Virus record (IMG/VR): IMGVR_UViG_3300032321_000245
Location: 1 to 39,954 of that record
DNA from: a virus
Taxonomy: Duplodnaviria; Caudoviricetes
Strand: one strand, 5' to 3'
DNA length: 39,954 nucleotides
Program-made: the position numbers and the translations under genes
The notes under the pieces: model-generated
Told to the model about the DNA's origin: nothing
The model's input: only the letters and a program-made list of their open reading frames with translations
Database searches by the model: none
Shown: positions 8,697 through 19,421 of the stretch, in pieces
Layout of the letters: each line of letters opens with the position of its first letter
How positions within the stretch are numbered: position 1 is the stretch's first letter

Positions 8697-9641
8697 CTAA
8701 GCGACTGATGAACCGTTGAGAATACGATACAAGGCTGCTTCGCGGTAACGCTTAAAGCCAAGAACGCCGTACCAACCCATTGGGCGGAAACGCATCAACT
8801 GGTCAATTACTGGACCGATAACTACGTGTGGCTCTTCAGCAACGGCTTCAGCCATTGCTTCCTTGCCAGCAAGAATTGTGCGGTATACCTTGGCACTTGA
8901 AGCACCATCAGTATCGTTGAACATACGAGCAGACTCTACGAAGTAGGCTCCTTCATATGAACCAATTTCTCCAGCCCAAATGTTGTCATTTGAGTTGTAC
9001 TCGTGAGGCAAACGCCATCCACCAGCACCAGTCTCAGCACGAAGGTCGTGTGAAACTTCTGGGTGAATACCACACCAGTACATTGAACCCTTACGAGGTA
9101 CTGACAGACCTGAACGCAACTTAGCAACAGCCTTACGGATGTTAGCAGAAGTGATTGTATCTGTAGCAGCAATTGTTACTGTGTTAGTACGTGTACCACC
9201 GTAGATGACGTTTGTGCCACCACGAAGTTCAGTCTGTGCAACTGTATCAATTGAACCTGCAAGGTTGAATGCGATGATGTTAGCAATTGCTGGGTCTACA
9301 TCAGCAAGGCTGAAGAGTTCCAAGGCACGTGTAACAAGGACAGAGTTACCATACTCAGCAAGAGTAATAGTAACTGATGTTGGAGCAGCAATCTGTACTG
9401 AGTCACGCTCAGTAGATTCTGTGAGTGCAGTTGTCTGTTCTGACAAATCTGCGTATAGTTGTAGGACTACGGTTGAGCCAGGGTTTGCTAACTTAGTGGG
9501 CTTCTTATCTGCAACACTACGAATTAGGGGTTCTGAACGCAACGCAAAGTCTAATAGTCGGTCATACGCCTTTTGGACGAGACCTGCACCACCAGCGGTA
9601 CCAGCGAGATTGCCAGTAGAAGATGTATATGCATTAGCCAT
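8697..9641 (-). CDS. Major capsid protein (N4-gp56-like family)
   Basis: 314 aa; ITLAEYGN, IHPEVSHDLR, GEIGSYEG, DQLMRFRPMGWYG motifs; follows scaffold; GGAGGTGA RBS. Confidence 0.9.
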   Translation of the reverse strand: MANAYTSSTGNLAGTAGGAGLVQKAYDRLLDFALRSEPLIRSVADKKPTKLANPGSTVVLQLYADLSEQTTALTESTERDSVQIAAPTSVTITLAEYGNSVLVTRALELFSLADVDPAIANIIAFNLAGSIDTVAQTELRGGTNVIYGGTRTNTVTIAATDTITSANIRKAVAKLRSGLSVPRKGSMYWCGIHPEVSHDLRAETGAGGWRLPHEYNSNDNIWAGEIGSYEGAYFVESARMFNDTDGASSAKVYRTILAGKEAMAEAVAEEPHVVIGPVIDQLMRFRPMGWYGVLGFKRYREAALYRILNGSSVA

Positions 9642-9683
9642 TGTTGTTCACCTCCTAAGGTGAGTTATGAAATTACTATGTGT

Positions 9684-10163
9684 TTACTGCTGTTGAGAGT
9701 AGATAATTGAGTTAAGTTCTTCTGCGGAAGCCGCATTATTAATTCGACTCAATAAATCTTCTGCTCGGTCAGGGCTTGTACCAAGTTGAGTAACCACATC
9801 TTGCTGCCGTAAGGCTGCTCGATTTAGTTCTTGTTCTTGATTTACCTCTGGCTTTGTTAATCCAAATAGGTCTCCATTATCTTCAAGCCAGGTATTAACT
9901 GACTCTTCAGTAATATCATCCAAATCTTTCAGGATTAATCGTTGTGCCTTTGGATTGACACCCTTCTGTTCTAGGACCTCTTTGACTGTACGCTCACGCT
10001 GCACCTTGGATAATCCCTCAAGTTGCTCAGTGAGTTCTTTGATACGCTTCTCATCGTTGCGCTTGGCTTTCCGTAACTTTTTAAGTAAGTCACTTCCATC
10101 CATCTGCACTTCGTTGTCGGTATCTAGTTCGTCTTCGTCTTCATCCCAGTAGTTGTTGCTCAT
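9684..10163 (-). CDS. Capsid scaffolding protein
   Basis: Acidic N-terminus (MSNNYWDEDEDE), coiled-coil character, directly upstream of the capsid gene. Confidence 0.75.
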   Translation of the reverse strand: MSNNYWDEDEDELDTDNEVQMDGSDLLKKLRKAKRNDEKRIKELTEQLEGLSKVQRERTVKEVLEQKGVNPKAQRLILKDLDDITEESVNTWLEDNGDLFGLTKPEVNQEQELNRAALRQQDVVTQLGTSPDRAEDLLSRINNAASAEELNSIIYSQQQ

Positions 10164-10283
10164 AGCAACCCACCCTTCTATTCGTTTGAATCGCAAGCCT
10201 CAGATTCTAGTCGGGGAACTAGCCTGGCTCTTACTCCCAGTCTTATACGCTATGTGGGCTGGTCGGTCACATAGGAATCTATT
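10164..10283 (-). promoter_or_regulatory. Structured leader / probable promoter region upstream of scaffold-capsid genes
   Basis: One of the few sizeable intergenic gaps in the late arm; hairpins CTATGTG/CACATAG (10250-10274) and CTAGTT-CCCC-GACTAG (10207-10222). Confidence 0.5.
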
Positions 10284-11753
10284 TTATATTAAGCCTGCTG
10301 CTGATGATTTCTTTAAGTAACCAGTGCTGTATGCACCTGGTGCATTACCTGCGCTACCTTCAAAACTAGCACGTTCTTTAGAGGCTAAAATATTACGCTT
10401 GCGCTTTGCTGCATCACTAGCCTTAAGAAACTCTTCTTCTCCAGTTTGCTGTGTGTAAGCAATACCAGTCTCACCATATATGTCACCAAGTTTACTTGTT
10501 GCAGGTAAGACGCTTGCTAAGGAAGCATAGCCTTCAAGTGCACCAGAACGGTCAACACCATAATCAGCATAACCAAGTGACCTACTTGTATCAGTAAATC
10601 CTTGACCAAGTGCAGCAGCACCAATTTCAGATGCAGTTACCTTACGCTTTAATTCAGGTAAGTATTCTGTTGGGCTAAGGAAATAAGAAACTAAATCTTT
10701 ATCCTCAAGAGTTGGATAGTAAGTTTTTAATTGCTTTATAATGTTTGCATCTGCATTCTTTACGCGGTCAACTGCAAGACCAATACGGTTCTTAGCCTCA
10801 ATAGCAGAGATGTCGTTACCAATAAGAGTACCCATGCGCTCGCGTGTAGCAAGGTTTTGAACACCATACTCTCTAAAATATTGTCCATAATCTTTTTCTT
10901 GTTGAAGGTATTCACCTTCTGATAAAGCATTAAGTCCTGCTTTAACACGAGTTTCATTGCCAACAAAACGTTGCTTGTAAACTTTAAGATTACGCATACC
11001 AAGTATGGCAGCATTTGGTCCTACGTTAGGGTCAATAATTGATGACTCAATGTAGCCAGATAGTTCAGCAAGTTCAGCATCTGTAAAACCATATGAACGC
11101 ATAGTGTCTTGCACTAATGCAAATGCATCACGTTTTTCTGCTTTTTCTGCTGCTGCTTTAGCAAGCGCTGCTTGCTCTGCATCATAACGGTCTTTGTTAG
11201 CGGCAGCGGTATCATCTGCTGCTTTAGTACCTGCTTGAAGAAGAAGTCTTTTACCACTTTTAGTTACTTGATAAATGTCACCAGTAACAGGGTCAGTATA
11301 AACACCGACTACAGGGTCGCTTGTATCTGGGTCTGGGTCGTTTGGGTTTTTAGTAACAACAATTGGTTCACCAATTTTACCAGTCTTAGGGTCAAACGTT
11401 CTGCCTAATTCAGCAGCAAGTTTTTTATTAGCAGCAATTTGCGCTGTTTGTTCTTTAGCAGCAGCACCTTGAGCAATTTTTGCAGCAGCCAAATCAGCGG
11501 CTGCTTGTTTAGCAGCGGCAGCCTGTTGTGCTTCTAATGCTTTAACTTGTGCTTCTAATTTAGCAGCAAGCGTTTGTGCTTGTGATACAACTGTTGCTGC
11601 TGGTGTAGGTTTTGCCTGAGCAGATGGTGAAGGAGTAGGTGTTGGCGTAGCCTTAGGTGTAGGAGTAGGTGTAGGTTTAGGAGCAGTTGCTGCTGCTCTT
11701 GCTGCATCTGCAGTCTTAGCAACAGGAGTTGGTGTTGGTTTAGGTGCTGCCAT
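10284..11753 (-). CDS. Putative internal virion (ejection) protein
   Basis: Start MAAPKPTPTP at 11753 (TAATG overlap); Pro/Thr then Ala-rich helical segments; one of three large genes between portal and scaffold. Confidence 0.6.
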   Translation of the reverse strand: MAAPKPTPTPVAKTADAARAAATAPKPTPTPTPKATPTPTPSPSAQAKPTPAATVVSQAQTLAAKLEAQVKALEAQQAAAAKQAAADLAAAKIAQGAAAKEQTAQIAANKKLAAELGRTFDPKTGKIGEPIVVTKNPNDPDPDTSDPVVGVYTDPVTGDIYQVTKSGKRLLLQAGTKAADDTAAANKDRYDAEQAALAKAAAEKAEKRDAFALVQDTMRSYGFTDAELAELSGYIESSIIDPNVGPNAAILGMRNLKVYKQRFVGNETRVKAGLNALSEGEYLQQEKDYGQYFREYGVQNLATRERMGTLIGNDISAIEAKNRIGLAVDRVKNADANIIKQLKTYYPTLEDKDLVSYFLSPTEYLPELKRKVTASEIGAAALGQGFTDTSRSLGYADYGVDRSGALEGYASLASVLPATSKLGDIYGETGIAYTQQTGEEEFLKASDAAKRKRNILASKERASFEGSAGNAPGAYSTGYLKKSSAAGLI

Positions 11754-13285
11754 TATCCTACCTTGCCCCATGTCTTTAGTAGAGTATTAATAAAAGATGC
11801 TGCCATTTCATTAGCCTTTGGTGTTTTACGCCATTCTGGTTTAGCACGTACTCCAAGAATGAAATCATTGTTTGAAAAAATCTTGTCTCCACTAATTGCA
11901 CTCTGTACGTCCTGGTCATAAATGTTTACGCTATTTTGAACTAACCCGTATTCATTTTCTTTTATACGTTGAAAGTTAGATGCAATATCAGTAACCTTTA
12001 ATCCTTGGTCAATGTATGGTGCAAGAGTCTTAAACTTAATCTTGGCTGCTTGTTTAATACTATTAGCCTCTTGCTCTAGTCCAGTTGACATAGCATCAGG
12101 ACTAATGCCTGTAGTTACACTGCCAGGCTTTACTGCTTTACGTGAACGATTAAGCAAATCAATATGAGTTAATTCAATACCATAGTCGGCTGCAACTGCA
12201 CGCAGTTTGCCATATGACGCACCAATAAGTGCGCCTGCCTGCTCAAGGTCCTCAGAAGAGGTATTCATAATGCCAGTACTAATAACAGTTTTTTGTTTTG
12301 TTTTTGAGTCAGTTACTGTAGCACCATTAACAACTAAGCCAAGTCGCAAATCAAGACGGTCTTGTTCAGACATCTGTGTATATGCAACTGTTGTGCCAAT
12401 AGTATTTCCAAATATATCGGTTGTACTAGTACCTGTACTTTGACGTGCTAATTCAGCCTTGTGCAGGCGTTGCCAGTATTCTTCACGTAATACTTTGACT
12501 TCATTTACAAGTGCAGGGTCTCCAACGTATTGCTTAACTGTACGGTCAAACTCAGCATACGCATCTTCTTTAACAGTAAGACCACTAGTACGTTGACTTT
12601 GGCTAGTTGGCATAGCCATTGGTGTACGACTTGTAACGTATGATTCAAAAGAATACATCTTCTTTTGTTTATTACCATTAGCAATTTCAACACCTGTATT
12701 AAAGTTATCTACAGACGCTTGAAGTAAAGAGTTCTTGATTGCTTGCTGGAATCCAATATCTTTATCAGTTATTGGACCAGCAGTAAGAGACTTTTTGTAA
12801 TCACTGATACTTGGGTATAAATCTTTTAATTGTGTTTTGTAAATAGTGATATTAGCACGTGGAATGTTTTTAATGATACGTTCTACTTCTGCATCAATAT
12901 CAGTTATAGTAAATCCAGTTTGTGTGCCTTCAGCATCAAACTTTGGAAGAACTACTACAGCCTTTGGCTGTGTATTTGTAGAAGTCGGACGTGCAGATAC
13001 ATAAGGCTGTTGTTGAACTCCGCCCATAGTACCGCCGCTATTTAAAGCATAAGAACCATCAGTAAACTTAGTATAATCTGTTATTGTGCCTGTAGGAAGT
13101 GGCTCAATAGGGTCAACATCACCTGTACCTAGTGCATTTACTGTAGAAGTAGGTGTTGGCTTCTTAGTACTTTTAGTTGAAGTAGGTTTAGGGGTAGGCT
13201 TAATAGCATTGTTTGCTGCAGTAGCAGGACTATATGATGAAGCCGCCGAAGGCGTTGGCTTTGGTGTTGGTTTTGGGCTTGCCAT
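11753..13285 (-). CDS. Putative internal virion (ejection) protein
   Basis: 510 aa, Pro/Thr/Lys-rich N-terminus; structural-arm context. Confidence 0.6.
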   Translation of the reverse strand: MASPKPTPKPTPSAASSYSPATAANNAIKPTPKPTSTKSTKKPTPTSTVNALGTGDVDPIEPLPTGTITDYTKFTDGSYALNSGGTMGGVQQQPYVSARPTSTNTQPKAVVVLPKFDAEGTQTGFTITDIDAEVERIIKNIPRANITIYKTQLKDLYPSISDYKKSLTAGPITDKDIGFQQAIKNSLLQASVDNFNTGVEIANGNKQKKMYSFESYVTSRTPMAMPTSQSQRTSGLTVKEDAYAEFDRTVKQYVGDPALVNEVKVLREEYWQRLHKAELARQSTGTSTTDIFGNTIGTTVAYTQMSEQDRLDLRLGLVVNGATVTDSKTKQKTVISTGIMNTSSEDLEQAGALIGASYGKLRAVAADYGIELTHIDLLNRSRKAVKPGSVTTGISPDAMSTGLEQEANSIKQAAKIKFKTLAPYIDQGLKVTDIASNFQRIKENEYGLVQNSVNIYDQDVQSAISGDKIFSNNDFILGVRAKPEWRKTPKANEMAASFINTLLKTWGKVG

Positions 13286-13287
13286 CT

Positions 13288-16200
13288 TTATCCCTTGCTC
13301 ATTGCTACAGTTGGAGTTGTGTATACATCATCAATTAAAGGTTTGATAATGCTTTGATATGCTTCGGTTAGTGGAGCATTGCCTGCTGCAAAGTTCTTGA
13401 GATACTCAAGTCCTTCATCACGTACCTTGTTAATAGTTTCTTCACCATTAAATTGTGAACGTATATTGGCATCTTCTAATACCATTAACATACGGTTAGT
13501 TAATGCTGTCATCTGAGAGATTTGCAAACGCTGACCTTTAGGTAATTTATCAAAGTACTTAGGATTATTAACCATCTGGTCTAGGTGATTAAAGCGTGTG
13601 ATTAACTCTTGGCGTGGAGTAATTGGATTAGTACCCAATTGAAGCGCCAATGCTGGATTAGCCTGCTTCATTGCAAATTTAATATCACGTGCCTGACGTA
13701 GTACCTCTGAACGATATGATGCACGATTGCGGTCTAGGTTATTAGGGTCATTAAACAATGCCTGAACCTGACGGTCTACATTATAGAAATCATTACGTGC
13801 ACGAACTGTTGCTACATCAAGAAGATAACGCTTTAATACTCCACCATTATCATTAAATGGATTAGTCTTTCCAGGAATAATATCGGCTGCTTCAAGATAC
13901 TTAACTACAGATGGGTCATACTTACCAATGTTTGGGGCAAATACCCAAGCAACATCTGGATAATCACGAAGTACTTCCGTGTTCTTCATGGTCCACAACT
14001 TAGTCTCTTTAGTATAAGAGATGGCTGCTTTAGCAGCCTTGTTGTTAGCACCAACTGTATAGATAAGTTTATCTGGATTAGACGCTGTAAACATTGATAC
14101 TGCTGTACCAATAGGGTCATCCATATAATAGCCATACTTAGAGTTCACATCAAGAACAGCACGAAGTATATCGCTAAACTCTTGACGGAAACTAAGAACG
14201 CCTACTCTACGTAGTTCGTTTGGAAAGTTAGGGTCATTAGTACTGAGCATTGTAGGTACAATAGTATTAAAACCAATTTTAACAGCAAGAGTATTATGTA
14301 CTGCGATACCTAAGCGGTCATAGTATTGCTGTACCTTTTCCGCATTTTCCCAGTCTTCTGGCTTCATTTTTGTGTTGCCAGAAATCTCTATGTTAGCGGC
14401 TGCTTGCATAAGTGTTGTAGCCTGAATACCAGTCTTATGTTCTGGGTCAAATTGTGCCCATGCGTTATTTAATAATACTGGAACTATTGAACGTGCCCAA
14501 GTAGTGTTATCTGAACCTGGACCAAGAACAATATTATCAATGTTATCAGCAAACTTAAGTATACCTTCGTTGTCTAATTCACGTCCCACTATATTAAACA
14601 TAGCCTTTACTGCAAGTGCAGGTATAGCAATGGTAGGACCAGTAAGTGATGGAACACCCGCTGCATCATTATATGATGGGTTAAGCAAAGATATTTTTGC
14701 ACTGTATTGATTCCACTGTGGCTGCTTAAAGAAGTCCCAATTACCACGTGCTAGATTAACTGCAGCCTTTACAGGGTCAGTTAATGCAGATAGTGCAGGG
14801 GCTACAAGCCCCCAGATAAGACCATCATTAGGAACCATTACATATTGATTACCCTTGTCATCTGTATACACAAGACCAGAACCTGACATTGATTGGCTCA
14901 AGTGACCTGTACGATAAATAACTTTATCAGGGTGTGCAATAATGTAACGTGAATAACGGCGAATATAATCTTCAGATGCGCGATAGAAACGTCCGACACC
15001 ACGTAGATTCCACGCCATTTGTGTGCGTACATCTGGGTTATCAGCATACTTCATTAGTTCATCAGCAGCATTGTGCGTAGCACGACTATCAAAGTATAAG
15101 TCAGCCTGCAATCTAGCAGCATCTGGGTCTACATCACGTGCAATAAGGTCTCTAACCATTTGCATTTCGTCAGGCTGCATCTTACTACGCTGTTGCATTA
15201 CCTTAATACCAAATGCATCAGCACGATATATGTCAGTAAGTTGCCTATCCATCTGCTTCCAGGGAATCTCGCCAAACTTCTTAAATGCACTTTCAGTGCT
15301 ATCAATTAGTCCAGGAAAATCATACTGAGTTTTTAACATACCTTGGATTGGGAAGTCTTTAACTAATACTTCAAAATCCGCATAAGGCATTTTGCTAATA
15401 TGATAAGAAGGAGACTTCATGCGTGCTTCATAAGCACGGCGAGCCTTCTCTGTATCAGCATTCTTAGGCAGTGGCTTACCTGCGTAGTCACGTAGGTACT
15501 CATCTGACTTTTGGAAGTTACTGCGCTTCTTAATCTTTTCAGCAGCATCATCTAATTTGCTTTTAACAGCGTCAAAGAGTGGACGATTAAATACTTCAGA
15601 TGAACCATGGAATACAACATAGAGTTCACCCATGCTTTTGCGTACAATTGCATCTGTAATCTGTGAAGAAGATTTACCTGCTGCACGTAAACCAAATGTC
15701 TGTCCAAAACGACCATTAAATCGTTTGATAGATGTTAGTAGTTGTTCAACCTTAATAACTTTTTCATAATCTGTACCAGGATTAAGAATCTTTTCTACAA
15801 CAGCCCATGAACCATCAGACTTTTTAGTCCAACCAATGAGTTCCATGATTTCATCTGTATAAGCAACACCATCAGCAGCGGTTTCAAGACCGTTATGCTT
15901 GATAAACAAAGAACCAAAGTCAATAACTGGACCGTATGATGTCTTAAATGTATTCTTACCAAAGTAACGGAAAAAAGCATCATAATGAACAGCAGTACGC
16001 TCTGATGTTGTTAGTAACATTTTTTCATCTGTAAGGTATGTTCCCATATCCTTACGACCCCACTCTTCAACAGCCTCTGTGAGTGGTGACTTGCCATACA
16101 TTTCAGCCTGTACTGAACCATCAACCATAGTATTACCAAATGAACGTGCTACTTGTGACTGCACCATACCTTCAACGGCATGTGAGTTGTTCATAAGATG

Positions 16201-18771
16201 AGTTGCTAACCAGCGTTGTTCTTGTTCAGACAACTTCCCAGCATATTTTGCAATAACCATAGCACTTAAACGCTCTTCGTACGTTCCACCAAAGTATTCA
16301 TCAGCAGAAACCAACTGTTGACGTTTAATAACTTTGCCGTTAGGCAAGGTATAACTAGCATCAACCATCTGAGGTTCTTGCATAGCACGGCGCATAGCAG
16401 GTGATACGTATTCTGCTGGGTTTTTACCAGCAACAGAAAGAAGTTTACTTTTTACAAGACCATAAGTTTCTGTACTACCACGATATGCAGCAACTGTGTT
16501 AGCAATTGCAGAGCCTTTGCCAGTCATAAAAGCAAAAATTGCAGTTGGATGTTGAGTTAATGCAGCAATTGTACCTTCATCAACAGCAGACTTAAGACCC
16601 AACTTAGGATATAGGGTTAACTTAGTCCAACCGTTCATAATCATCTGTGCCCAGGCAGCATTAGTCAACTCACCAATTCCAAAGTGACGGCGGAAGCCAG
16701 CATTTAATGTAACGTTGCTGTGTACCCATTCTGAAATTTCGTTAAAGTTAGGCATAGATACGCCTTCAGTGGTGTGCAGAATCTGACTTGGACCAGTTGG
16801 TACATCAATCATTCCATCAGAGATTAAATGCTTAGGCATTTGAATATCTGAGATAGGACCCATGCCCTTAATAGGGGCAAAGATAGATTCTAGCCATGCA
16901 CGTTGTACATCTAAACCTTTAACAGTTGAGGCTAACCCTAACTTGTCTGTATAAAGTTTAAACATAGAGAATAACATATTGATACGTTCTTCTGGTGAAA
17001 CACGTAGAAAGCGTTCAGTGAGCAAATTTGCTCGCAACTTATCGCCAACAATTACACGTGAGAAATCACGGAATGCTGCAGCAGATTTAACTACCATACC
17101 ATCTTCGGTATAAATCATAACATTAGTTGGATGCTTAGACATTGCACTATTGTAAGCACTCTGCAATCTATTACCATTAGCAGTAAGAGATTGAATTACT
17201 TCATTTTGCTTAGGGTCTACAAGTTGGAACTCAGGACGATTAGCAAAGTACTTATCAAATGCTTTTGCACTTTCTAATACTTCTTCTGGAATAGGTTCTT
17301 TACCAGCAGCAACACGGCGTCCAACGCCGTTAAAGACTTGGTCAAATGCTTCTTTAATACCTGTAGTAATTTTACGTGTAGAACGTTCAATGGCTACATG
17401 ATTCTCTGTGTAGTAATGCAATCCTTCTACACGACCAGAAATAATATAGTTCATGTATTCGCCTTGCTCAAAGAACTTAATCATTGTAGGCAAGTCTGTA
17501 ATAGGAACTAATTTTTCTTGGTCGTTAAGAACCTTAGTATTAACAAGGAGGTCAAGAACACCTTCATTGTCATACTTAGGATAATCACGAGCAATACGCA
17601 TACGGACAAGACCTGATTCAGCATCATTGGCTGTTTTACGTGCATTGCGTAGTGCAACAATTTCTTTTGCTAGTCCATCATGTAGTGATGACACTTGTGG
17701 GTCTGCAAATAAATCTATTACGCGAGTAGCGCTGTTATTTTTTCCAGCATTAACAAATGTTTCTGCAAGTTTTTCTGATTTAAGAGCAGCCTTAGTGCTA
17801 CCACCAGTAAACCAAGTTAATGGGTCAACTACAATTTGATAGGCAAAGTTAATTGTACCTGAAGGAGAAACATATTTTTCATCAGAAAATGGGTTAGGGT
17901 TAGAAATAACCCATTTATCAATTTCTTTAGACTTTTCAAATGCTCGATATGCATCAGCATCTGCAACACCAGTAAGTGAGCCAAGTACTGTAGGGACAAT
18001 TGCCCAAAGACTACCCTCTGATGGCGGGTGTTCTCTATTCATCCAGTTAGTAAAGTCGTTACCTGGGTTTACTTGACCAGCCTTGTGTTCCCCAAATGCT
18101 GTTTTCCAATCACTGCCATTCTCAGACATATTGCGAACAGCATTAATCATTGCATTATCTAGTGGACCGTACTCACGAATAATATCTCCTGGCTTTTTGC
18201 CATCAATAATTCCACGAATAAGATAACTCTTGGCTTTGCCATGTTTAATTTCAAGTTCTTCAAGCATCTTGCTATCCCACTGGTTATGCCCGTCCCAAGC
18301 ATCTGACCAAGTTTTTGTTGAAAGAAGTTTTTTAAAATCTCCAGATGTTGGTTTAGCATCATCTAAAACATTAGATGCAATCTTATATGGAAGATTAATA
18401 CCTTTGTAATAAAAATCAGCAACGTCAAATACCATACGAAATGGTTCAGTTACACCTTTAACAAGAGCAGTACCAATTTGTCCAAGAATACTTGGAGGTG
18501 CTTTTTGATAACCAGCACCTTCATTAATAAACATAAGACCTTGTTTAATTTGTGGCTCTAGTTTATTGTATGCTTTCCATGCTTTACCAGCATCAGTGAT
18601 ACGTGTAAGTTCACGGTCTTTGTTTAGGAGACGTTGAATGTTTTCTTGAATAGCACGTTCTTCTTGTGTTGGTTGTCCCGCAAGGGATGCCGCATACAGC
18701 GTTGGGTTTGCTGTTGCAAGAACGTTATTAACAGGCTGAGGTCTGGGCTGATTAGGATTTATCAGAGACAT
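13288..18771 (-). CDS. Large putative internal virion (ejection) protein
   Basis: 1827 aa, helical character, no tape-measure periodicity; size and context like podovirus core proteins. Confidence 0.65.
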   Translation of the reverse strand: MSLINPNQPRPQPVNNVLATANPTLYAASLAGQPTQEERAIQENIQRLLNKDRELTRITDAGKAWKAYNKLEPQIKQGLMFINEGAGYQKAPPSILGQIGTALVKGVTEPFRMVFDVADFYYKGINLPYKIASNVLDDAKPTSGDFKKLLSTKTWSDAWDGHNQWDSKMLEELEIKHGKAKSYLIRGIIDGKKPGDIIREYGPLDNAMINAVRNMSENGSDWKTAFGEHKAGQVNPGNDFTNWMNREHPPSEGSLWAIVPTVLGSLTGVADADAYRAFEKSKEIDKWVISNPNPFSDEKYVSPSGTINFAYQIVVDPLTWFTGGSTKAALKSEKLAETFVNAGKNNSATRVIDLFADPQVSSLHDGLAKEIVALRNARKTANDAESGLVRMRIARDYPKYDNEGVLDLLVNTKVLNDQEKLVPITDLPTMIKFFEQGEYMNYIISGRVEGLHYYTENHVAIERSTRKITTGIKEAFDQVFNGVGRRVAAGKEPIPEEVLESAKAFDKYFANRPEFQLVDPKQNEVIQSLTANGNRLQSAYNSAMSKHPTNVMIYTEDGMVVKSAAAFRDFSRVIVGDKLRANLLTERFLRVSPEERINMLFSMFKLYTDKLGLASTVKGLDVQRAWLESIFAPIKGMGPISDIQMPKHLISDGMIDVPTGPSQILHTTEGVSMPNFNEISEWVHSNVTLNAGFRRHFGIGELTNAAWAQMIMNGWTKLTLYPKLGLKSAVDEGTIAALTQHPTAIFAFMTGKGSAIANTVAAYRGSTETYGLVKSKLLSVAGKNPAEYVSPAMRRAMQEPQMVDASYTLPNGKVIKRQQLVSADEYFGGTYEERLSAMVIAKYAGKLSEQEQRWLATHLMNNSHAVEGMVQSQVARSFGNTMVDGSVQAEMYGKSPLTEAVEEWGRKDMGTYLTDEKMLLTTSERTAVHYDAFFRYFGKNTFKTSYGPVIDFGSLFIKHNGLETAADGVAYTDEIMELIGWTKKSDGSWAVVEKILNPGTDYEKVIKVEQLLTSIKRFNGRFGQTFGLRAAGKSSSQITDAIVRKSMGELYVVFHGSSEVFNRPLFDAVKSKLDDAAEKIKKRSNFQKSDEYLRDYAGKPLPKNADTEKARRAYEARMKSPSYHISKMPYADFEVLVKDFPIQGMLKTQYDFPGLIDSTESAFKKFGEIPWKQMDRQLTDIYRADAFGIKVMQQRSKMQPDEMQMVRDLIARDVDPDAARLQADLYFDSRATHNAADELMKYADNPDVRTQMAWNLRGVGRFYRASEDYIRRYSRYIIAHPDKVIYRTGHLSQSMSGSGLVYTDDKGNQYVMVPNDGLIWGLVAPALSALTDPVKAAVNLARGNWDFFKQPQWNQYSAKISLLNPSYNDAAGVPSLTGPTIAIPALAVKAMFNIVGRELDNEGILKFADNIDNIVLGPGSDNTTWARSIVPVLLNNAWAQFDPEHKTGIQATTLMQAAANIEISGNTKMKPEDWENAEKVQQYYDRLGIAVHNTLAVKIGFNTIVPTMLSTNDPNFPNELRRVGVLSFRQEFSDILRAVLDVNSKYGYYMDDPIGTAVSMFTASNPDKLIYTVGANNKAAKAAISYTKETKLWTMKNTEVLRDYPDVAWVFAPNIGKYDPSVVKYLEAADIIPGKTNPFNDNGGVLKRYLLDVATVRARNDFYNVDRQVQALFNDPNNLDRNRASYRSEVLRQARDIKFAMKQANPALALQLGTNPITPRQELITRFNHLDQMVNNPKYFDKLPKGQRLQISQMTALTNRMLMVLEDANIRSQFNGEETINKVRDEGLEYLKNFAAGNAPLTEAYQSIIKPLIDDVYTTPTVAMSKG

Positions 18772-19175
18772 TACGCCAAATTGATTCTATTGTAGATAGC
18801 CTCTAGTTGACCTGATGAGTCATTCTTCATCATGTTATAGATAACAGATGCAGGGTCTGATGGTTGAATACCACGAATACCAGATAAATCTAAACCTGGT
18901 CCAGGACCATAATCTGCACCAGCAGAAATTGGTTCATCTGGAAATGCAGTAGGTGCATCTAAAGAAAGTAAGTCAGGCATACTTGGCATTCCTGCCATTG
19001 GTGCACCAGCCTGTTGGTCGTTTAATTCCTTGTTCTCACCGTATCCAAAACCTGTGTATTGCTGCATTGGCTGTGTCATACCATCCATTGCTCCGCCGTC
19101 CGTGCGTTGTGATAGTGCACCAGGACCTGATACAGGTGCTGGATTACTAGGCTGACGATAACCTCCACGTGCCAT
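18771..19175 (-). CDS. Gly/Pro-rich virion-associated hypothetical protein
   Basis: RGGYRQPSNPAPVSGPGALSQRTDGG and GADYGPGPG motifs; coupled to neighbours. Confidence 0.75.
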   Translation of the reverse strand: MARGGYRQPSNPAPVSGPGALSQRTDGGAMDGMTQPMQQYTGFGYGENKELNDQQAGAPMAGMPSMPDLLSLDAPTAFPDEPISAGADYGPGPGLDLSGIRGIQPSDPASVIYNMMKNDSSGQLEAIYNRINLA

Positions 19176-19411
19176 TACTCGTCCTCCTCATCCATGTATT
19201 TTCTAACATCATCTATTGTTGGTGGTGATTGCATCCAATCAGGATACGTCTGCTTTGCAGAAAGAATATACAAAGCGTTATCAACTGTAAATCCTGCTCT
19301 ACGCAGTGATTTATAAAATTCGTGTAACTCAATTGCGTACTGGTCTAACTTTGAATAATTTTCATCAGCAACTGTTTTAACCTTCGTTATTTTTTTACGA
19401 GGTGTTGCCAT
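19175..19411 (-). CDS. Hypothetical protein
   Basis: 78 aa, AAGGAG RBS, HEFYKSLRRAGF helix. Confidence 0.75.
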   Translation of the reverse strand: MATPRKKITKVKTVADENYSKLDQYAIELHEFYKSLRRAGFTVDNALYILSAKQTYPDWMQSPPTIDDVRKYMDEEDE

Positions 19412-19421
19412 GACTTACTCC

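Noticed and set aside
13288-18771. 1827-aa protein as a virion RNA polymerase or tape measure
   Set aside because: Only an unconvincing DVDPD, no polymerase motif context, no tape-measure repeats and no tail-tube genes.
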